DNA of 64,000 nt from the human T2T-CHM13v2.0 reference genome, Homo sapiens. The stretch is taken from assembly GCF_009914755.1 (NCBI RefSeq), contig NC_060932.1; one strand, written 5' to 3'. Shown one piece after another: positions 60,560 through 64,000 of the stretch (its first letter is position 1; each line of letters opens with the position of its first letter). The position numbers and the translations under genes were made by a program. Below the pieces are notes generated by a model. It worked only from the letters and a program-made list of their open reading frames with translations. It did no database searches and was not told the origin of the DNA.

Positions 60560-61970
60560 CTTATTTTTCATGAAATATACTGATGTGTATAAATGTGTAA
60601 GTCTGGTATGTTTTAACACACAGGTAACAAATGCATACTATTACCACAATATGATGAACATTTCTACCATTCCAAAAAGTGCCCTCATCACCCTTTACAG
60701 TTAATTCCCCACCACATCCCAAGCAACCATTTGCCTGATTTCTACCACTACAGCTTACTTTGTCCCTGTTCTTAAGATTCATATGAAAGGAAATATACAA
60801 TATATGTCTGGCTTCTTTATTTAGCATAATATTTTTGAGACTCATCCATATGGTGTTAGTTTATCACTAGTTTGTTCTTTTTTATTGCTAAATAGTATCC
60901 CATTGTATGAATAATACACTGTATTCAACCATTTACTCTACCCATGGACATTTGAGGTTTTATCCAGTTTGAGAATATTATCAATAAAGCTACTAGGAAC
61001 ATTCATGTAAAAAGTCTTTGTGGACATGTGCTTACATTCCTATAAGATTAATGCTTAGGAATATGGTATGTATACTTTAAACTTTACAAGACACTTTCTA
61101 AAAAACTGCGAACCTGTTTTCCAAAGAACACCTCAACCAGCAAAGAATGAGATCTAATTTGCTTCATAGTCTCCCCTGCACTTGGTATTCTCACATTTTT
61201 CTTAAAGTTTAGCTACTCCATCTTATTGTGGTTTTAATTTGCATTTCCCTGATGGTTTATGGTGTTGAATATCTTTTCCTGTACTTTCAATTTTTTGTGA
61301 AGCATCTGTCCAAGTCTTTTGAACATTTTAAAAATCGGGTTGATTTAAGTTATAAGAGTTCTTTACATATTCTAGATAAAAGACTTTTGTGTTACAAATA
61401 TTTTCTCCCAATATGTGGCTTACCTTTTCATTTTCTTAACAGCTTCTTTAGAACAGCAGACAGCTTTATTTTTTATAAAATCTAATTTATCATTTTTTCT
61501 TTTACACTTAGTACTTTTTTGTGTTCTAAGAAATCCTTGCCTAACCAAAGTTGATATTATCTTGTGCTAAGTTTACTTTTAAAACTTTCATAGTTTTAGC
61601 TTTTCTATTTAGGCCTATGAGCCACTTCAAATTAGTTTTTATGTATTTTATGAGGGAAAGGTCAAGTAGACAAGGTTCATTTTTTCCCATACCAATATCC
61701 AGTTGTTTTAACATCATTTGTTGACTAAAAAACAATTGACCGTATAACGTGGGTCTATTTGAGGGCTATATTCTGCTCCATTGATCTATATGTTTATTAT
61801 TATGGTAAGACCACAATACTTTCATTCTTGAAGATTTTATAATAAATCTTGAAATTAGAGAGTGTAAAAGTTCCAACCTTATTCTTCATTTTCAAAACAA
61901 ATTCTGGGTATCCTAAGTCTTTGCACTTCCATATGAATTTTAGTTCCAGCCTGTCAATTTCTATAATTTT
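60560..61970 (-). mobile_element. Old L1M 3' region
   Basis: gcttctttatttagcataatatttttgagactcatccat, gtggttttaatttgcatttccctgat, ttccatatgaattttag. Confidence 0.85.
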
Positions 61971-62116
61971 TCACTCACTGCTGAATGGGGGAAAAAAGTA
62001 GTATGGAAAACAACACTGAAAATATAATCCCCTTGTCAAAATAGCATGAATTTAAAAATATATAAATAAAATCCCATTTTCATTAAATCAAGCCTATATT
62101 GAAAGGGACATGCACT

Positions 62117-62420
62117 GGTCGGGTGTGGTGGCTCACGCCTATAATCCCACCACTTTAGAAGGCTGAGGTGGGCGGATCACCTGAGTTCAGGAGTTCGAGA
62201 CCAGCCTGGCCAACATGGTGAAATCCTGTCTCTACTAAAAATACATAAATTAGCCAGGCATGGTGGCACATGCCTGTAATCTCAGCTACTAGGGAGGCTG
62301 AGACAGGAGAATTGCTTGAAGCCAGGTGGCAGAGGTTACAATGAGCTAAGATCACGCCACAGCATTCCAGCCTGGGCAACAAAGCTAGACTCTGTCTCAA
62401 AAAAAAAAAAAAAGAAAAAA
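62117..62420 (+). mobile_element. AluS
   Basis: Full dimer. Confidence 0.93.
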
Positions 62421-62447
62421 GAAATGGACACACATAAAAGAAAGTGA

Positions 62448-62747
62448 GGCCAGGTGCTGTGGCTCACACCTGTTATCCCAACAACTTGGGAGGCCAAGGC
62501 AGGAGGATCACTTGAGCCCTTAAGTTCAAGAGCAGCCTGGGAAACAAATCCAGACCCCATCTCTACGAAAAATTTAAAAATTAGCTGGGGCAATGGTGTG
62601 CACCTATACTCCCAGCTATTCGGGAGGCTGAGGTGGGAAGATCGCTTGAGCACAGGAGGTTAAGGCTGCAGTGAGCTATGATCATGCTACTGCACTCTAG
62701 ACAGAGAAAGATGCTGTCTCTTTAAAAAAAAAAAAAAAGAAAGAAAA
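62448..62747 (+). mobile_element. AluJ
   Basis: Full dimer with J diagnostics; aaagtga TSD. Confidence 0.9.
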
Positions 62748-63671
62748 GTGAAAGCATATATGCCGATACGTTAAAAAAAAGTCTTTCTAAAAGATGAGAT
62801 TACAGAAAATTAAGTTTTCCTTTTTACTTATCTATATTTTCCAATGTTTCCTTAATAAACAATTTCATAAGGAAAACAATTATATATAATAAATCTACAG
62901 AATAACTTAAGTAGAAAAAAAGTTCAGTCACCCTACGTCTGCATTTTTAACATCGCATATCATCCTGGTAAATGAAAAAAAAAGATATCAATAAACTGCA
63001 AACTATTAACTCTCATCGGGGGAGAGTGATTATTCCAAGAAGAATGAAGACTCACTTTTTATTTTATATACATCTATTAATGTTTGGTTGTTTTATTATA
63101 ATGACCGTATTTCAGGTATTTAAGAAAAGCTAAATATTCATCAATAAAAATAAAGTACTTGTGCATATGCGTGTTTGTGTGCTATTAGTTAAACTGATGC
63201 AATAATGAAAAGATCATCCCAGAGGAAGGCTACCCAACTCCGTATGCCAAAAATGCCAACTGTCTGTCACTTGAATTCTAAGATGAAGAAAAGCCTTTGC
63301 TTGGCTAGAAATTTGCAGTGGCATCAGGTGAGATGGCTGTTTCAGGAAACTCAAAAAGGATTCATCATGTGTCCTTGGGAATCAGAAGGAAACAGAATAT
63401 GCTATTTCAGTAACCCCTAAACATAGATAGAAATTAAAATTGAGGGCAAAAATAATGAGACTTAAAAGAAAAAGGCTGTATTTCAACACATTTGTAATAA
63501 AATTGTTAAATATACACATCTCAGGTCACTGTAATGTTGCTACTGGTGCTCAGTCCACATTTGTGATACTGATTCTAACTTCAATTGCTGATCAGAAAAT
63601 CGAGGTGAACCTGGTTAGAGTTCCACAACCAGGGTCATTTTCAGACTTGCTCAAATATCAGACTACCTTAC

Positions 63672-63707
63672 CGAACAGCATGAAATGTCAATATCTCTAA
63701 TTCCACC
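63672..63707 (-). other. Candidate 36-nt micro-exon
   Basis: Acceptor ggtttcttgttcatag|GGTGG; donor TCG|gtaagg; unique flanks. Two open frames (GGIRDIDISCCS and VELEILTFHAVR). Confidence 0.6.
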
Positions 63708-64000
63708 CTATGAACAAGAAACCTTTTAATAGCAGAAAATAAGACCATATTATATACATGAAGCATACAATTTTTTATGTTTATGAAAAAGATAGCACTG
63801 CTGAATTAAGCATGACTTTTCCTACTAATACCCATTTGCTCTTTTCACTTTAATTTTATCCCCTGACAATAAGAGTCACCGAAGACTTATGGAAAACTTA
63901 TGAGAGAAGAACTATAATTTTATTCATTATTATTTTCTAAGATTTGGAAAAATACTCTTCCATTCAACTTTAGTAGTAAAATACCTCAGTCCATAGGAAC

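Noticed and set aside
63520-63660. H/ACA snoRNA or SECIS element
   Set aside because: No correctly placed ACA box on either strand, and the 3' GA of the SECIS quartet is missing.

Overview
Primate (human-like) AT-rich genomic DNA with no CpG island and no recognisable intact protein-coding gene. The long ORFs in the track are Alu read-throughs or LINE-1 ORF2 remnants. The + strand looks A-rich by eye, and most Alus and both long L1s lie on +. A series of short segments with good AG/GT splice signals lies on the minus strand (63672-63707, 57358-57494, 54013-54150, 52104-52171, 49703-50072, 3013-3151, 1384-1437, 629-714). Together these suggest the interior of a long minus-strand transcription unit whose exons here are non-coding (multi-exon 5'UTR or lncRNA). 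I could not identify the host gene. A repeat-free 3'UTR-like block ends at a plausible minus-strand poly(A) site near 18970. Interspersed repeats: about 30 Alu pieces, an ERV1/MER4-group LTR plus internal region (4.4-9.1 kb), a 3.4-kb 5'-truncated L1P, older L1M/L2/MIR pieces, two MaLR LTRs, Tigger3, MER30, and a Y3 RNA retropseudogene fused to two Alus. Repeat subfamily names come from memory of consensus sequences, not from a search. I found no convincing new biological system. The best leads are the non-coding exon chain with possible uORFs, the intronic poly(A) site, and several unusual retrotransposition footprints.
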